Source of the DNA: Zygophlyctis sp. KS116
Taxonomy: Eukaryota; Fungi; Chytridiomycota
Direction of reading: 5' to 3'
Assembly (NCBI GenBank): GCA_054661495.1
Contig: BAAFSQ010000238.1
Coordinates: 1 to 15,215 of the forward strand
DNA length: 15,215 nt
The notes below the pieces were generated by a model. It saw only the letters and a list, made by a program, of their open reading frames with translations. It searched no databases and was not told where the DNA came from. The translations under genes and the position numbers were made by a program. Every line of letters starts with the position of its first letter. Position 1 is the stretch's first letter. Of this stretch, positions 1 to 12,467 are shown piece after piece.

Positions 1-233
1 GTGTATTTTGAGAAGCATAGGATGCAAAACAAATCTGTTTCGTTGATTAAAAAATGAAACTAACTCTATTTTCCCTTTTCTAATAATATCCGCAAGTTGC
101 CAACTAACACCTTGTCATTTCATTTTAAGTTATGGTAAGAGCATTTCCATCTTGAATTACTAAAGTTATCGACATACTAAATCAATTCACTCTATACGAA
201 GATTTCAATCAGATGCCGTTATTGCTAAGCCAT

Positions 234-267
234 TTCTATTAATAGAATAATGTTCTATTAATAGAAT
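234..267. repeat. Tandem duplicated 14-bp perfect palindrome TTCTATTAATAGAA (234-247 and 253-266)
   Basis: Read directly: ttctattaatagaa-taatg-ttctattaatagaa. Each copy is its own reverse complement, and the second ends 22 nt before ATG 289. Confidence 0.85.
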
Positions 268-288
268 TAGCCGCTTTTAAAAAATACC

Positions 289-879
289 ATGAAATCTCAA
301 ATTTGTTTATTCATTATTGCCCTCTTTCAAGTAGCACAATCATTATCAATGATGCCGGGATCAACTACTTCTCCCGTTTCAACCAGAACATCAGCCTCGG
401 GTTATCCAACCACTACAATTGGGGTAGTAGAGCTGGGTGGAATCTGTTTTAGTACTAGCCAATGCCAATACGGACTTGCTTGTTCAGATAGGGCCTGTGG
501 GATCGGTTACTGCATTAAGAGAGTAGGATTAAACCAAATATGTCGGGGACATATGGAGGGTGTTGTACACGATATGCTTAGTGACAATTCGAATTGTGAA
601 GTCGGCCTTATCTGCGAAAAAGTGGTTTCTCCTCTCATAGAGGGATTCGATGGAGTTTGTAAATATCCTAGCATTTCAACTCAACCTTTATCAAAGACTG
701 TATCAAGCACGGAGACAGCGTACATTCCAATTCCAATCAGTTCCTTGACGATCACCGTCGGACCAACTGCAACTCAAACTGGAACCGCATCTTATGATGA
801 TGGCGTTACAATCACTTCATCCGCAAAGTCTTTATCTTTTGTCGGATTTGCTGGATTACTTGCTTTCTTTTTATTATAA
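289..879 (+). CDS. Secreted, probably GPI-anchored Cys-rich and Ser/Thr-rich cell-surface protein (196 aa, no introns needed)
   Basis: N-terminal signal peptide (MKSQICLFIIALFQVAQS), S/T-rich linkers and two tandem C..C..GLxC..GxC modules. The C-terminus has small residues (SSAKS) followed by a hydrophobic tail (LSFVGFAGLLAFFLL), typical of a GPI signal. Confidence 0.8.
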   Translation: MKSQICLFIIALFQVAQSLSMMPGSTTSPVSTRTSASGYPTTTIGVVELGGICFSTSQCQYGLACSDRACGIGYCIKRVGLNQICRGHMEGVVHDMLSDNSNCEVGLICEKVVSPLIEGFDGVCKYPSISTQPLSKTVSSTETAYIPIPISSLTITVGPTATQTGTASYDDGVTITSSAKSLSFVGFAGLLAFFLL

Positions 880-1015
880 GTAAATATGCTCTGTCGAACT
901 TTCATGTATTTTGAGTAAGCGCCCCGACGTTCGATTCTTGCGTCATTTAGTTTTGAATTTGCTGTCCCACTCAACTTTTATTTCAATTTTTAGAATCTCT
1001 ACAGTAGAAGTTATT

Positions 1016-4000
1016 ATGAATGCATTATATCATGATCAGGAAGCTTATTCGCTAGGCGATCGGACAAGTATAAAAGATCAGCAGGAGTTTGATTCAGATG
1101 AAAATGAAGAAAGTATATTAGATCAAGAGAAGAAAAGATTGGAAGAACAAGGCAAAATGGCGGCTCTTCAAGTCAATCAAGCTCAAGAGTCTTTGGAAGA
1201 AAAGTATCATTATTATTTCTGACAAAAAAGATACAATAAACTTAAAAGAAACTTTACAGACTCGATCAGAGAGATTGGAACTCAATGCCAAGCTGCTCTT
1301 CAGACTAAACTTGATGAATTCAAAAAAGTTTGGAAATCTTTAGAAAACGGTTTGATATTACTAGTTTAAATAAGAAGATGATAAGGATATCTTAAATTGT
1401 ATTTGCATTCCCAAACATTTATCTACATTAACTCGATGCGAGCTCAAAGAATTAAAGGATGCAGCTAAAAATACTTTTTCAGAGCGTCAAGATTATTTAG
1501 ATAAACTAGAGAGAGATTTAGAAGAAATTGATAAAATTAGAGCAGAAAAGATAGATTCACTAATAATAGCATTCAATAAGCAGGTTAGAAAATTGAAATA
1601 TTTACCAGATCAAGTTATAACTAGGCTTATCCAGGTATTAACTATATTTTATAATGATAGGATGAATGTATAAGCGTTAATACGTGTATGATTGAAAATC
1701 GAGAGGCAGTTGTTGAATATATCGCATCATTGAAAGCAGTTAATTTGGAAGTAGACAGAGGCATGGAAAATTGCTTTTTGGGCTATGGAGAAAAATGGCA
1801 TAAATTGAGGTTTGATCTTTTGATTGGTACATTATATTTACTTAAATGTCAGATTTGTACGAACAAGAGATTAAAAATGTCATGACCCAAGATATTCAAG
1901 TCTTGTTTCAAAAATTTAGAAATTTACTGAATATTTCAACAGATCAACAAGTTGAATTGGTAAATTTAACATTATTAATTTTATAGATTGGGGAATTTAG
2001 TACTATACAAATATCTGAACTCTTACCTAAATATTTACAGGAATGGTGTAGTTCACATTTGAAATTGCTTTCAAATCAGGAAGATATATTGTCGGATTTT
2101 CAAAAAGAGCTTAAATTGTTTGAAGATGGGCTTGAGAACTCTTCAAAATCACTGAAAGAGCGCTACAAGCCAATGTTGGAGGAATGTGGTGATGTAGAGG
2201 TTAATCGAAATGGAATGCTTCAAACACTTTTAGATAATTTAATTCAAAAATATAGGCAATCAGATAAGTACCTCTCGGGAAAAAGATCAATTATGCTTAT
2301 TCCAAGTCAGATTACTCGTAATCGACTGATGATGGATCGGGTTGCTGATTTCGTTGAGCTTATCTTTAATCTTAAATCGGAAAATCAAGTATGGCACATA
2401 TATGATTGACCTTTAGGAAGAACTTCTTAAAGTAGAAAATAGTTTGTATGAACGGCTGAGAAGAATCAAGGAAACTCATGATTTAGATGTTTCATGGAAA
2501 GAGAAGCTTCTTGCCAAAGATATTTTCTTTTTAAATTCTGAAATTAATGTTAAAAAGGCTAATGAAAAAATGGAAAGAGCATTGCTGACACTTACTGAAA
2601 TTGATCAAGGTTTTTTACGCAAACTTAAAATTAGCAAAGAGTACTTTTTACGAGCAAAGCGTAGGCGAAGTTAAAAAGGCATCCTTTGAAGTCGCAAAGT
2701 TTACAGAGTCTTGTATGGAAACGGTAAATTACTTCTTTTTACTTCAAGTGGTGTCACGTTTTTGATGTTATTGATGTGCCCTCTGACCTGTCTGAAATAT
2801 CCGAGCCTGATATACTGCAGATAGGAACAAAGAAATATCAATATCAAATGACAGAAATGAATGAGTTCCAATTTCTTGGAGGGAAAATAAACGAGTTTAA
2901 AGAGAAAAAACTGCAAAAAATCGCTGAAAATGATTCAGCAAATGTTAGATTGTCAAAAATAATTAAGAAGCAACCCGTCGCTTTTACGCAGGAAAATATT
3001 TTGGAATCGAATATTTCGCAGCAGGAATCACAGATAAATTCAAGTAATTTGGCGGTAGAGTTGGAACAAATACAAAATACGGTTATTGAGAGATTTAGGC
3101 GTGATTTGTCAGCAAATCTACTAGAAGAATTTCAAGAATATTATTCTAAAATAACAGAAGAATTTGAAAACAAAATCAACGATCTAATAAGGAAGATGGC
3201 TCAGTCTCGTCGAAAAGAAATTCAAAATTTGCATATTCAAACTGCAGATATTCAGGATATATGCCGCAGGCGTATTGAAGAAATTTACCGATTAAATGTA
3301 GTGCACGAAAATGAAGCTGCGATCATTCTACGGCGATTGAAACTGATTCAGGAAGAATATATCGAGTCAACTAAGAAAATTGAATTTAAGTGCTCACAGT
3401 TTATTTCTAAAATTCAATCAGAGTTTATGGAAGAAATCCGAAATGCTCGGACAACATCAGAAATGGAATTTTTAATTCAGGATTTTCGATTATTAACTCA
3501 AGAACAATTAGGTAAAATCAACAAAGCCATTTCAATGAACCAAAAAGATTTTGAAAATGGGAGAAAGGCAATGGTCAATTCTCAAAGTCCCCAGCAGCAC
3601 GCGATCGCTTGGGAGAATCTTTGCGAACAAGGCCATCATCCGGAGAGAGATATACATGACTTGGACGAGCTAAAGGACCAATATGATGGTCGTTTAGAAA
3701 GTGCTGTCAATATTGTCTCAGAAACCATCAATCAAACTAATTCGGAAATGTACTTTCACTTGGATGATTTGCGATTTCTAGATAAGGTTAAGAGAATATT
3801 AAACGATGTGAAAATCAAAATACTTGGAAAGGTTTATTTTTCTCGATTTAGTTCATAGATTGCATTATTTTCCACGAATTTGTCAGTTTTAGATCTTAAA
3901 ATGGAAGAAATTTCGAAATCATATCAAAACTTTACTTGGGCATGTTATAATATTAATAATGTATAGGAGACTTTTTTACAACTAGTGTCTGTAATTGAGG

Positions 4001-5351
4001 ATATAAGGCTGGAGTTTTTGGCTCAATTTTCATTTTATCATTGTATGAAAAATCAAATCACTGAAAATGATTTTATAAATAAGTATCTTTTGACACATGA
4101 AGAATGGAAGCTTAAAAAGAGGTATCACATGCTACTAAACATTAGTGCTTTTGTGTATAAAACACAGCCGAAAGAAGGACAGAATGGTAATGAAAAATTG
4201 ACAGATTCAACTAAAAGCAATTCCGCATCTCCAACAAAGAAGATTGAAAATCTTTCAGAAACAATTATTAAATTAGCAGAAGAAGCTAGATTATCTATAC
4301 AGCTGCTAAGCAAGGTAAAATTACTGTCATTTAACAATTAGGAGTATTATGATAAAAAAACACCAAAACAGATTCGACGTCAAGCTGAAATAAGCCCTGA
4401 TATCCAAGCGTTTTTGAGCCAAATAGGTGCTAAACTAAATAGCATTGAAGCCATCGCCTTCAGACAGAGAGACAAGAATATATCAGGTAAATACAAATTG
4501 AACGTAAATTAATTAGCATTAGTACGGGTTTTGGAGGCATTTTCCAGAAAGCTCAAGATGGTGATGAATAAAGTATTTGACAGCTTGACCGAAAATACTT
4601 TTAAATCCATCAAAGAAAAATGGACTGATAAAACTTCGGGCTTCATACAAAATATGCTATATATTATTCAGCAAAGAAAAAAACTGACCAATCAGCTTAA
4701 AAATCGTCTTAGTCATCCACAGTATTCGAATGAGCTTCAGCAATTGGATAGGGTGGCTGATAAAGAATGCGAAAATGTTAAGATTTTAATTTCAGGGATC
4801 AAAACAGAAATACATAATCAAATGTCTAAAATCACCAATGATTACTTAGATAAATTAGAATACGTGACTGTTGTTTTTACCGGACTTTTAGATGGTATGG
4901 TTTTGACACATAATATTGAAATGCCTGGTAATTTTCATATGATTCACGTTCATAGAAATCCAGCGAGTTAGGAGACCAAGATTAGTGTCAGAGCTCCTAA
5001 AAGAAAAAAAAATAGAGATGGAATCTGAAACTAAGCTGCTAGAAATATCAAATTCAGATATTGAGTTCAATAGGGAGACCCGACGTGAAGCATTTTCTCT
5101 AAAAGATACTCCATTCGAATACAATTGTAATACTTTATTTACTAATCACAGTGTATAAATTTAGCAGTAAATCTTCACCGCTGCATATTTTATTGTATCA
5201 GCATTCTGATCAAGCCTGCAAAAACATCTCAAATGAGGTCAAAAGAAGATTGGATTTTCTGCACGATCATTTTGAGATCGAAACTAATCATGAATCTTTC
5301 TGGCTCAAAACCTGGAAATCTCAAATAGAAAAGATTAAAATAGATATTTGA
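1016..5351 (+). CDS. CCDC180/CFAP76-like long coiled-coil (ciliary) protein, about 1320 aa, 15 exons
   Basis: Removing 14 introns gives one continuous frame (3963 nt): 1204-1230, 1350-1374, 1635-1660, 1827-1852, 1960-1986, 2389-2416, 2610-2634, 2724-2748, 3832-3858, 3940-3966 (GC-AG), 4315-4341, 4487-4516, 4928-4955, 5127-5151. The product is helical and E/K/L-rich. LKNRLSHPQYSNELQQL resembles the LRPxLGHPxxxxELxxL motif I recall from the CCDC180 DUF4456 region, and there is a terminal WxxxW helix. The family call is from memory; the gene structure is more certain than the name. Confidence 0.7.
3940..3966 (+). other. GC-AG intron (27 nt)
   Basis: tgg|GCATGTTATAATATTAATAATGTATAG|gag. Its terminal TAG is an in-frame stop, and the nearby GT donor at 3944 would create TGA. 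Confidence 0.75.
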
Positions 5352-5396
5352 ATGGCGATTAATATAATATTGATTGTTTTTCGGAATTGTAGAGCA

Positions 5397-6530
5397 TTAA
5401 GAAATAATCCATAATGCCAAACGCCAATAGAATGGACACATCCAGTAAACGGAAATCCAGACAAATAATAAACCAAATAGGTCAGTCCAAGTAGGAGAAA
5501 TAGGAACTACAATTGAATTTGATGCTGCAAATTTATGATCTTGATAAAATAGCTTGAGAAGATCATCTTTTTCCATAAATCTTTTTCTAAGCCATAAGTT
5601 AAATTCTTCCTTTGTCTTTTCATCATATTTGTCAAGATCTGCTCCAACAAAACCTGGAATAGTTTCCCAGTTATATGACCTAATATGCATATGAATCTTT
5701 TTTGGATACTTTCCCTTGAAAAACACATCTTCAATCAAATATTCATAGTAAGGAACATGAGATGCCTGCAATCCTGAATAACCCACTGTAACATCAAATA
5801 ATTTCTTTAATTTTGTAGTTGGGGCTAATATCTTTGCACAATGATATAAACCTGTTGATTTAGGGAGTAAAACATGATCTGGTCTTTCTATAATATTCAT
5901 CTTTTTTGCATATTTTTCTACTGATTCTCTCCCAATCGGAGTGTTAAGTGTCCCTTAGTGTAAAAAAAAGATCATGGTACCTTCAGGAAAAACTAATAGC
6001 CAAAAAGGTAACTTATCATTAGCGACCCTTTTCAAATGCTTAGTGATCCTATACTTGTCTTTATTCCATTTTCTTTCCATGAATATGAATTCAAAAAACA
6101 TCATTCCTGGACCAGCAAAAGGCAAATATCTCAAGATTGCCATCAATAATATTTTAACATCTCCAGCCTTCCCGACTATCCTTGCAAGGGTCCACATATA
6201 TAACCAATCAGGATATATTTGATGATTGGCCATGACTATTTGCATTTGATGACTAGCCATTACAGATAAGTCGCCCGTAATTACCAATTCGGAACAAGTA
6301 GTTAACCATAATAAAAATACAACATAACTTCCAAACAGGAATTCAGTTAATCGGATGTAAGATCTAAACATTCGATGCAAGAAGATTGCAGATCTTGTAA
6401 ACTTTAGCCTATCGCAGATAAGAAAAGAGATAAAGATCAACAATGATGGAAACTGGATGCATAGAATACCGATCGCAGTTATTATTAAAGAAATTAAACA
6501 AATGGCAGCATTCTTATATACTGAAATCAT
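5397..6530 (-). CDS. Lysophospholipid acyltransferase (PlsC/AGPAT family, LCLAT1/Cst26-like), about 368 aa, 2 exons
   Basis: Catalytic motif NHQIYPDW (NHx4D), FIFMERKW, FPEGT, HVLLPKSTG and DVTVGY, followed by a C-terminal WLRKRFMEKD segment and TM helix. The intron at 5954-5980 (27 nt, GT-AG) joins the two ORFs as FPEG|TLNTP. Confidence 0.9.
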
Positions 6531-6573
6531 TTAAAGTTTTGTTTGTTTGGGGCTGATTAACGCATGATCATCC

Positions 6574-8176
<1,603 letters not shown>

Positions 8177-8177
8177 A

Positions 8178-8196
8178 TTAACGCCGTAAGCCGTAG
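8178..8196 (-). promoter_or_regulatory. Candidate core promoter/5' element CTACG-N5-CGGCGTTAA
   Basis: Fills most of the 30-nt gap between divergent ATGs 8176 (-) and 8207 (+). A near-identical element lies at 12443-12460 (+). Confidence 0.4.
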
Positions 8197-8206
8197 ATTT
8201 TAAGTT

Positions 8207-8874
8207 ATGACTGATCAACTTCCGAGTCCTAATCAGCATCTTCCATTGGATCTTTTAAACAAATACTTGATATATACAACATCTTCTCCAGTACCTAAAT
8301 TAATAACGACTCTTTCTACTACAAGATGTATGATTCGAACCTTTCAACTATTGGCCGCTGCTAGTAAGTTTAGTTTCGCGTTTTATGATATACAGGCGCA
8401 TTTTCAACTCTATTCTACACATGCATTACTAATCCGCCATCATCATTTGTTGTCTATAAATCAGGAATCACAATGATGAGTTTTACTTCTATAATTGGTT
8501 TTGTAAGAATGTTTTATTAAAGGTAGTTCGTGGCATTAACCTTTATTATCGTACAATTGTACCCTCAGTACTTGAATGTACCTCCTGATAGGCATTTACG
8601 ATTTTCTAAAACTGAAATTTCTTTTGATCTTGTTTTAACGGGATTATGGATTTCATCATCTACTGTATTGTTACTAATGGGAGATTTATGCTCATTTGAT
8701 AAATCACAAAACTGTATTTTCATATACTCTTCGACGGGTCTTGGGTACTTTGCAAGTCTTTTATTTGCATGTACAATGATTATCGGGATAAGAGATACTA
8801 TTGAAAATAAGAATGGATTGGTATTAAATTCTAAAGATCATATTATGTTTGCACGGGGAAATTGGAAGTTTTAA
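8207..8874 (+). CDS. MARVEL-like four-transmembrane protein, about 203 aa, 3 exons (start could be ATG 8330)
   Basis: Introns 8364-8395 (32 nt) and 8503-8526 (24 nt) give a continuous frame. IRTFQLL begins TM1, there are four hydrophobic segments, ExxFDxxxxxLW lies in TM3, and a Cys pair sits in the TM3-TM4 loop. Confidence 0.7.
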
Positions 8875-8912
8875 TGTTTACAGCAAACAAATATTAAACA
8901 ATAAACTTAAAT

Positions 8913-10238
8913 ATGGTCAATCAGAATGAGCCTTCTGATCAGCATAATTCTAATTTATTTAGATTAAGAAATTCGGCTATAGGTCCTTGGATTGATTTTT
9001 CATTCAATTCGATTGAATCAACAAGTCCGATTGATCGATCACATTCTTTAAATGATGATGGTGAAAATGGAAATGATATGGAGGATGAAGATATTATGAT
9101 CCAAGTAGGAAATTTAAGTCTGGTTGATGATTTAAATGATTTTGATACCCAAAGTACAATGTATAGAGCAGGTTCGGACATGAATGACGCAATCATTGAA
9201 CAATCGCACATTGATCAAACTGACTCTTATCAATACTTGGATGATCATGGCACTGATGTGGCTCTAGAACCACAAGATGTATCAATTTTTGATTTTGATG
9301 AGAATGAATCATCCGAAGATTTAATTGGTGCAATCACTGTTAATGACTATAATCGAGTGCTTCAGCTCTCTAATCCCTTGGAATTTTCAATACCATCTGC
9401 AGATTTCGAAGACGAGTCTAATCAGTCTAATATGGATAATTTTATAACAAACTTTGAAATGTCGCTAAGTAGGATTGAAGATATACAGCGTGAAATTGAT
9501 GAAATTAGGCAATTATACAATAGTTTGTTAGAGCAGGAAGAATTACCTCTAGATACAATTTTAGAATATCCTAATACTGTAGCTGATTATGAAAATACTC
9601 AGGTAGAAACTGATACTGATTGGGGTAATGAAATTGTGTCTGTGGAAACTATTGAGAATCAGCAAGATCAAGAAATATCAAGGGAGAATTTCTCCCATTT
9701 GGATGGCAGAATATCTAGATTAGATAACATGGATTCAGTTTCAGACTTTTTTCATCAGCTTACGACAGTTAATGATGATGGTTTTAATTTCGAATTAGAA
9801 TTTGAAAACAATCTAGAAGAGGAAAGTATTGAAGGATCAGATTCAATAGTGTCATCTTCTTGGCAGTTTGATCACGGACAACTTGTACGAAGATCTTTTC
9901 CTGAACAGAGAAGAATACCCTCAAATCAACGTAATAATAGTCTACTTCCGAATTTCTACTTGGACTCAAACGGAATTCCAAGAATTGACTTTGAAAAACA
10001 ATTCAATCTCCGAACAAGACATATATTATCAAATGATCCCAGCAGTAAGTCAGCCCCGTTCTGCAGAATAGATTCTAACGGTGATCTTGAATGTGTGTTC
10101 GCTTTTTATAGCCCAAGCTCCATGGGTGAATTAAAGGTTTCAGTTCAAGATAAACACGAAAAGGAAGTCGAAACACTTTTATTCAAAGAGATTAAAAACA
10201 GTTGGAGAAATGATGATGGTGAATGTATTGGTCGTTAG
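8913..10238 (+). CDS. Hypothetical acidic, largely disordered protein (441 aa) with a short coiled coil
   Basis: Uninterrupted 1326-nt ORF in AT-rich DNA with AAAT-ATG context. It is D/E/N/S-rich with a heptad segment (LSRIEDIQREIDEIRQLYNSLL). No family recognised. Confidence 0.75.
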   Translation: MVNQNEPSDQHNSNLFRLRNSAIGPWIDFSFNSIESTSPIDRSHSLNDDGENGNDMEDEDIMIQVGNLSLVDDLNDFDTQSTMYRAGSDMNDAIIEQSHIDQTDSYQYLDDHGTDVALEPQDVSIFDFDENESSEDLIGAITVNDYNRVLQLSNPLEFSIPSADFEDESNQSNMDNFITNFEMSLSRIEDIQREIDEIRQLYNSLLEQEELPLDTILEYPNTVADYENTQVETDTDWGNEIVSVETIENQQDQEISRENFSHLDGRISRLDNMDSVSDFFHQLTTVNDDGFNFELEFENNLEEESIEGSDSIVSSSWQFDHGQLVRRSFPEQRRIPSNQRNNSLLPNFYLDSNGIPRIDFEKQFNLRTRHILSNDPSSKSAPFCRIDSNGDLECVFAFYSPSSMGELKVSVQDKHEKEVETLLFKEIKNSWRNDDGECIGR

Positions 10239-10279
10239 TAAGAAAAATCATGTCAGGGAAAATACCATCAACATTGAGT

Positions 10280-10867
10280 CTAATCATGATACTTATATAT
10301 TATACCTGTTGCATTATATATATCTGGGAGACTTTTCATAGATTCAATTGAATTCCAAGAGACTTGATCATGATCAGATATTTTATTTTGAGGTAAAAAG
10401 TCTGAAGAAGCCGACATAAATCCATTCTTATCCCAGAATGAAATTGCTAGAGCATCAACAGCAACTGCCCAAATCCTAGAAAATCCTTTTGATCTAGAAT
10501 CTTTTATAAATTGATGCACTAGCCTTGTTCCTAATGAATATCCTTGATAATCAGGATGCACAACACAATCATAAATAAAAACCGGACATTCCTGTTTTGG
10601 TCTCGTTGGGGTCCCAATCCCTGCGCATGGATCTTGTATAACTGGCAAAACATCAAACGGATCAATATGAAATCCTAAGCAATATCCAATCAATTCATCG
10701 GTGTCACTTATAATACAAGAGCCATAGCAATCCCTTCTGTCATACACTATTTCTAGATCGGAAAGAGATTCTTGGTATTCGGGTGGATATACAAATGTTT
10801 GAATCAGGGAAATATCTTTCAAATGATTCTTGTGGAAGCGAATTGGTTTTAGATCTGAAAGATGCAT
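10280..10867 (-). CDS. GNAT-family N-acetyltransferase (195 aa, intronless)
   Basis: Acetyl-CoA binding motif A (VVHPDYQGYSLGTRLV), motif B (AVAVDALAISFWDKNGF) and an LIGY strand. Confidence 0.85.
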   Translation of the reverse strand: MHLSDLKPIRFHKNHLKDISLIQTFVYPPEYQESLSDLEIVYDRRDCYGSCIISDTDELIGYCLGFHIDPFDVLPVIQDPCAGIGTPTRPKQECPVFIYDCVVHPDYQGYSLGTRLVHQFIKDSRSKGFSRIWAVAVDALAISFWDKNGFMSASSDFLPQNKISDHDQVSWNSIESMKSLPDIYNATGIIYKYHD

Positions 10868-11002
10868 GATTCTCTTGTATTGGTATAATCGCCCTAGTCA
10901 AATCTGTAGCTTTTGGAGGTTCAAGAATGATGATGAATAATGATAACAAGAGTAAGTCAATTTTATTTCACCATGATTTGGAATAATCACCCGTGAATTT
11001 AA

Positions 11003-12422
11003 ATGGATGATGTAATGTCTGTAGAGCGACATCCATATTCTACGCTTGCTGATTTTGATAATATAACTGAAGATGGCTTAGATAGTACTTTTACAGTATC
11101 AAGAAGTAGATCTGCTCCTGAAATAACTGGAAATCATGATGGTGTCAGCAACAATGCGGCTCTATTCCATATTGTTTGCGTTATTGCGGGTACTGGAATC
11201 TTACAACTTCCATATGCGCTAAGTCAGTCGGGATGGATAGGAGTTCCATTAATGATTATGGGTGCATTAGTCAATGAATATACTGGACGTCTACTAATTC
11301 AATGTCTCTATGTTGATAATAAGAGGTTAAGTGGTTATCCTGAAATAGGTTATGTCGCATATGGTGAAACAGGAAGATTAGTAGTGAATATATTTTATAA
11401 TTCTGTTTTATTGGGGGTTACAACTTTATATCTTATACTAGCTGGAATGGATTTATCATCATTGGTCGGAGTTTTATCAGAGTCTAATTGGTATGTATTT
11501 AAATAATTTAATTGTTAAGGATTATTCTGTGCAGTATAATTATTTGGATTCCCTTTATATGCTTGAAAACTCTGAAAGAAGTCGCAATTGTAAGTTTATT
11601 TGGAGCAATTGCGTCTGTTATTCTTGTTTTTTCAATTGCAGTTTTAGGAATTCAAGATTATTCTTCGTATTCAAGCAGAAGTACACATGTATTTATAAAA
11701 TGGGATACTCTGGCACTTTCGATGGGCACTATTGCATTCTCATTTGGTGGAAATTTTGTATATCCAGAAGTTGAACATTCAATGAGAAATCCAAGAGATT
11801 TTCCAGAAGTTTTAAAAAAGGGAATGTTCTTTATCACTGGTATTATTTTGAAATTTAATAGTAGGAATGTATATGATTTCAGCAGTTATTGGATATGCAA
11901 CTTATGGTAGTGAAACATCAAGTCCGATATTGGAGAATTTACCATTTGGTAACAATCTTTTTTTTATGAAATTAGGATTTTTGAAATCACTTGGTACATG
12001 GATTGTTACAATTCATGTTTTATTAGCGTGTCCAGTACTTTTAACTACATTTTCCTCAGATATGGAAAGACTTTTCAAATTAGATGCAGAAATAGAAACA
12101 ATGCAGATTACTTATGCAAGATATATACTTAGAACACTGACCATGGTTTTTACTTGCTTATTGGCTGTAAGTTTTTAATTTTTCAAGAATTTAGCTCTCT
12201 ATACCATACTTTGAAGATGTAATGATTTTAATTGGATCAATTAGTAATACCTTGCTAATTTTTATATTTCCTATTGCATTCCATTACAAGATTTTTGGAA
12301 GCATTTATGTTACAAAATGGGAACATTTGGCTAGATTATCAATAGTATGTATTGGAATAGTTGCAGGATCAGTTGGAGGATATCAAGCAATAGTAAAATT
12401 ATATCATGACATGTCTCAATAA
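11003..12422 (+). CDS. Amino acid transporter, Aa_trans/AAAP family (AVT1-like), about 436 aa, 5 exons
   Basis: HIVCVIAGTGILQLPYALSQSGW, YPEIGYVAYG, FSFGGNFVYPEVEHSMRNP and GYATYG motifs. Introns: 11491-11519 (29 nt), 11840-11864 (25), 11949-11975 (27, in-frame with no stop), 12167-12194 (28). Confidence 0.92.
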
Positions 12423-12442
12423 TATTAAATTATTAATAGTCT

Positions 12443-12460
12443 CTACGATTGCGGCGTTAA
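12443..12460 (+). promoter_or_regulatory. Candidate core promoter/5' element CTACG-N4-CGGCGTTAA
   Basis: Ends 7 nt before ATG 12468 in a 45-nt intergenic gap, and matches the element at 8178-8196 (-). Confidence 0.4.
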
Positions 12461-12467
12461 ATTGAAA

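Noticed and set aside
96-108. GTTGCCAACTAAC as an RFX X-box
   Set aside because: It has a mismatch in the second half-site and lies about 900 nt from the ciliary gene, with another gene in between.
893-940. GTTCGATTC resembling a tRNA T-loop/B-box, with a weak stem to GTCGAAC
   Set aside because: No cloverleaf, A-box or acceptor stem can be built.
10927-11002. Upstream MMMNNDNK mini-exon with a GTAAGT donor for the transporter
   Set aside because: No acceptor joins it in frame, and a TAA immediately precedes ATG 11003.
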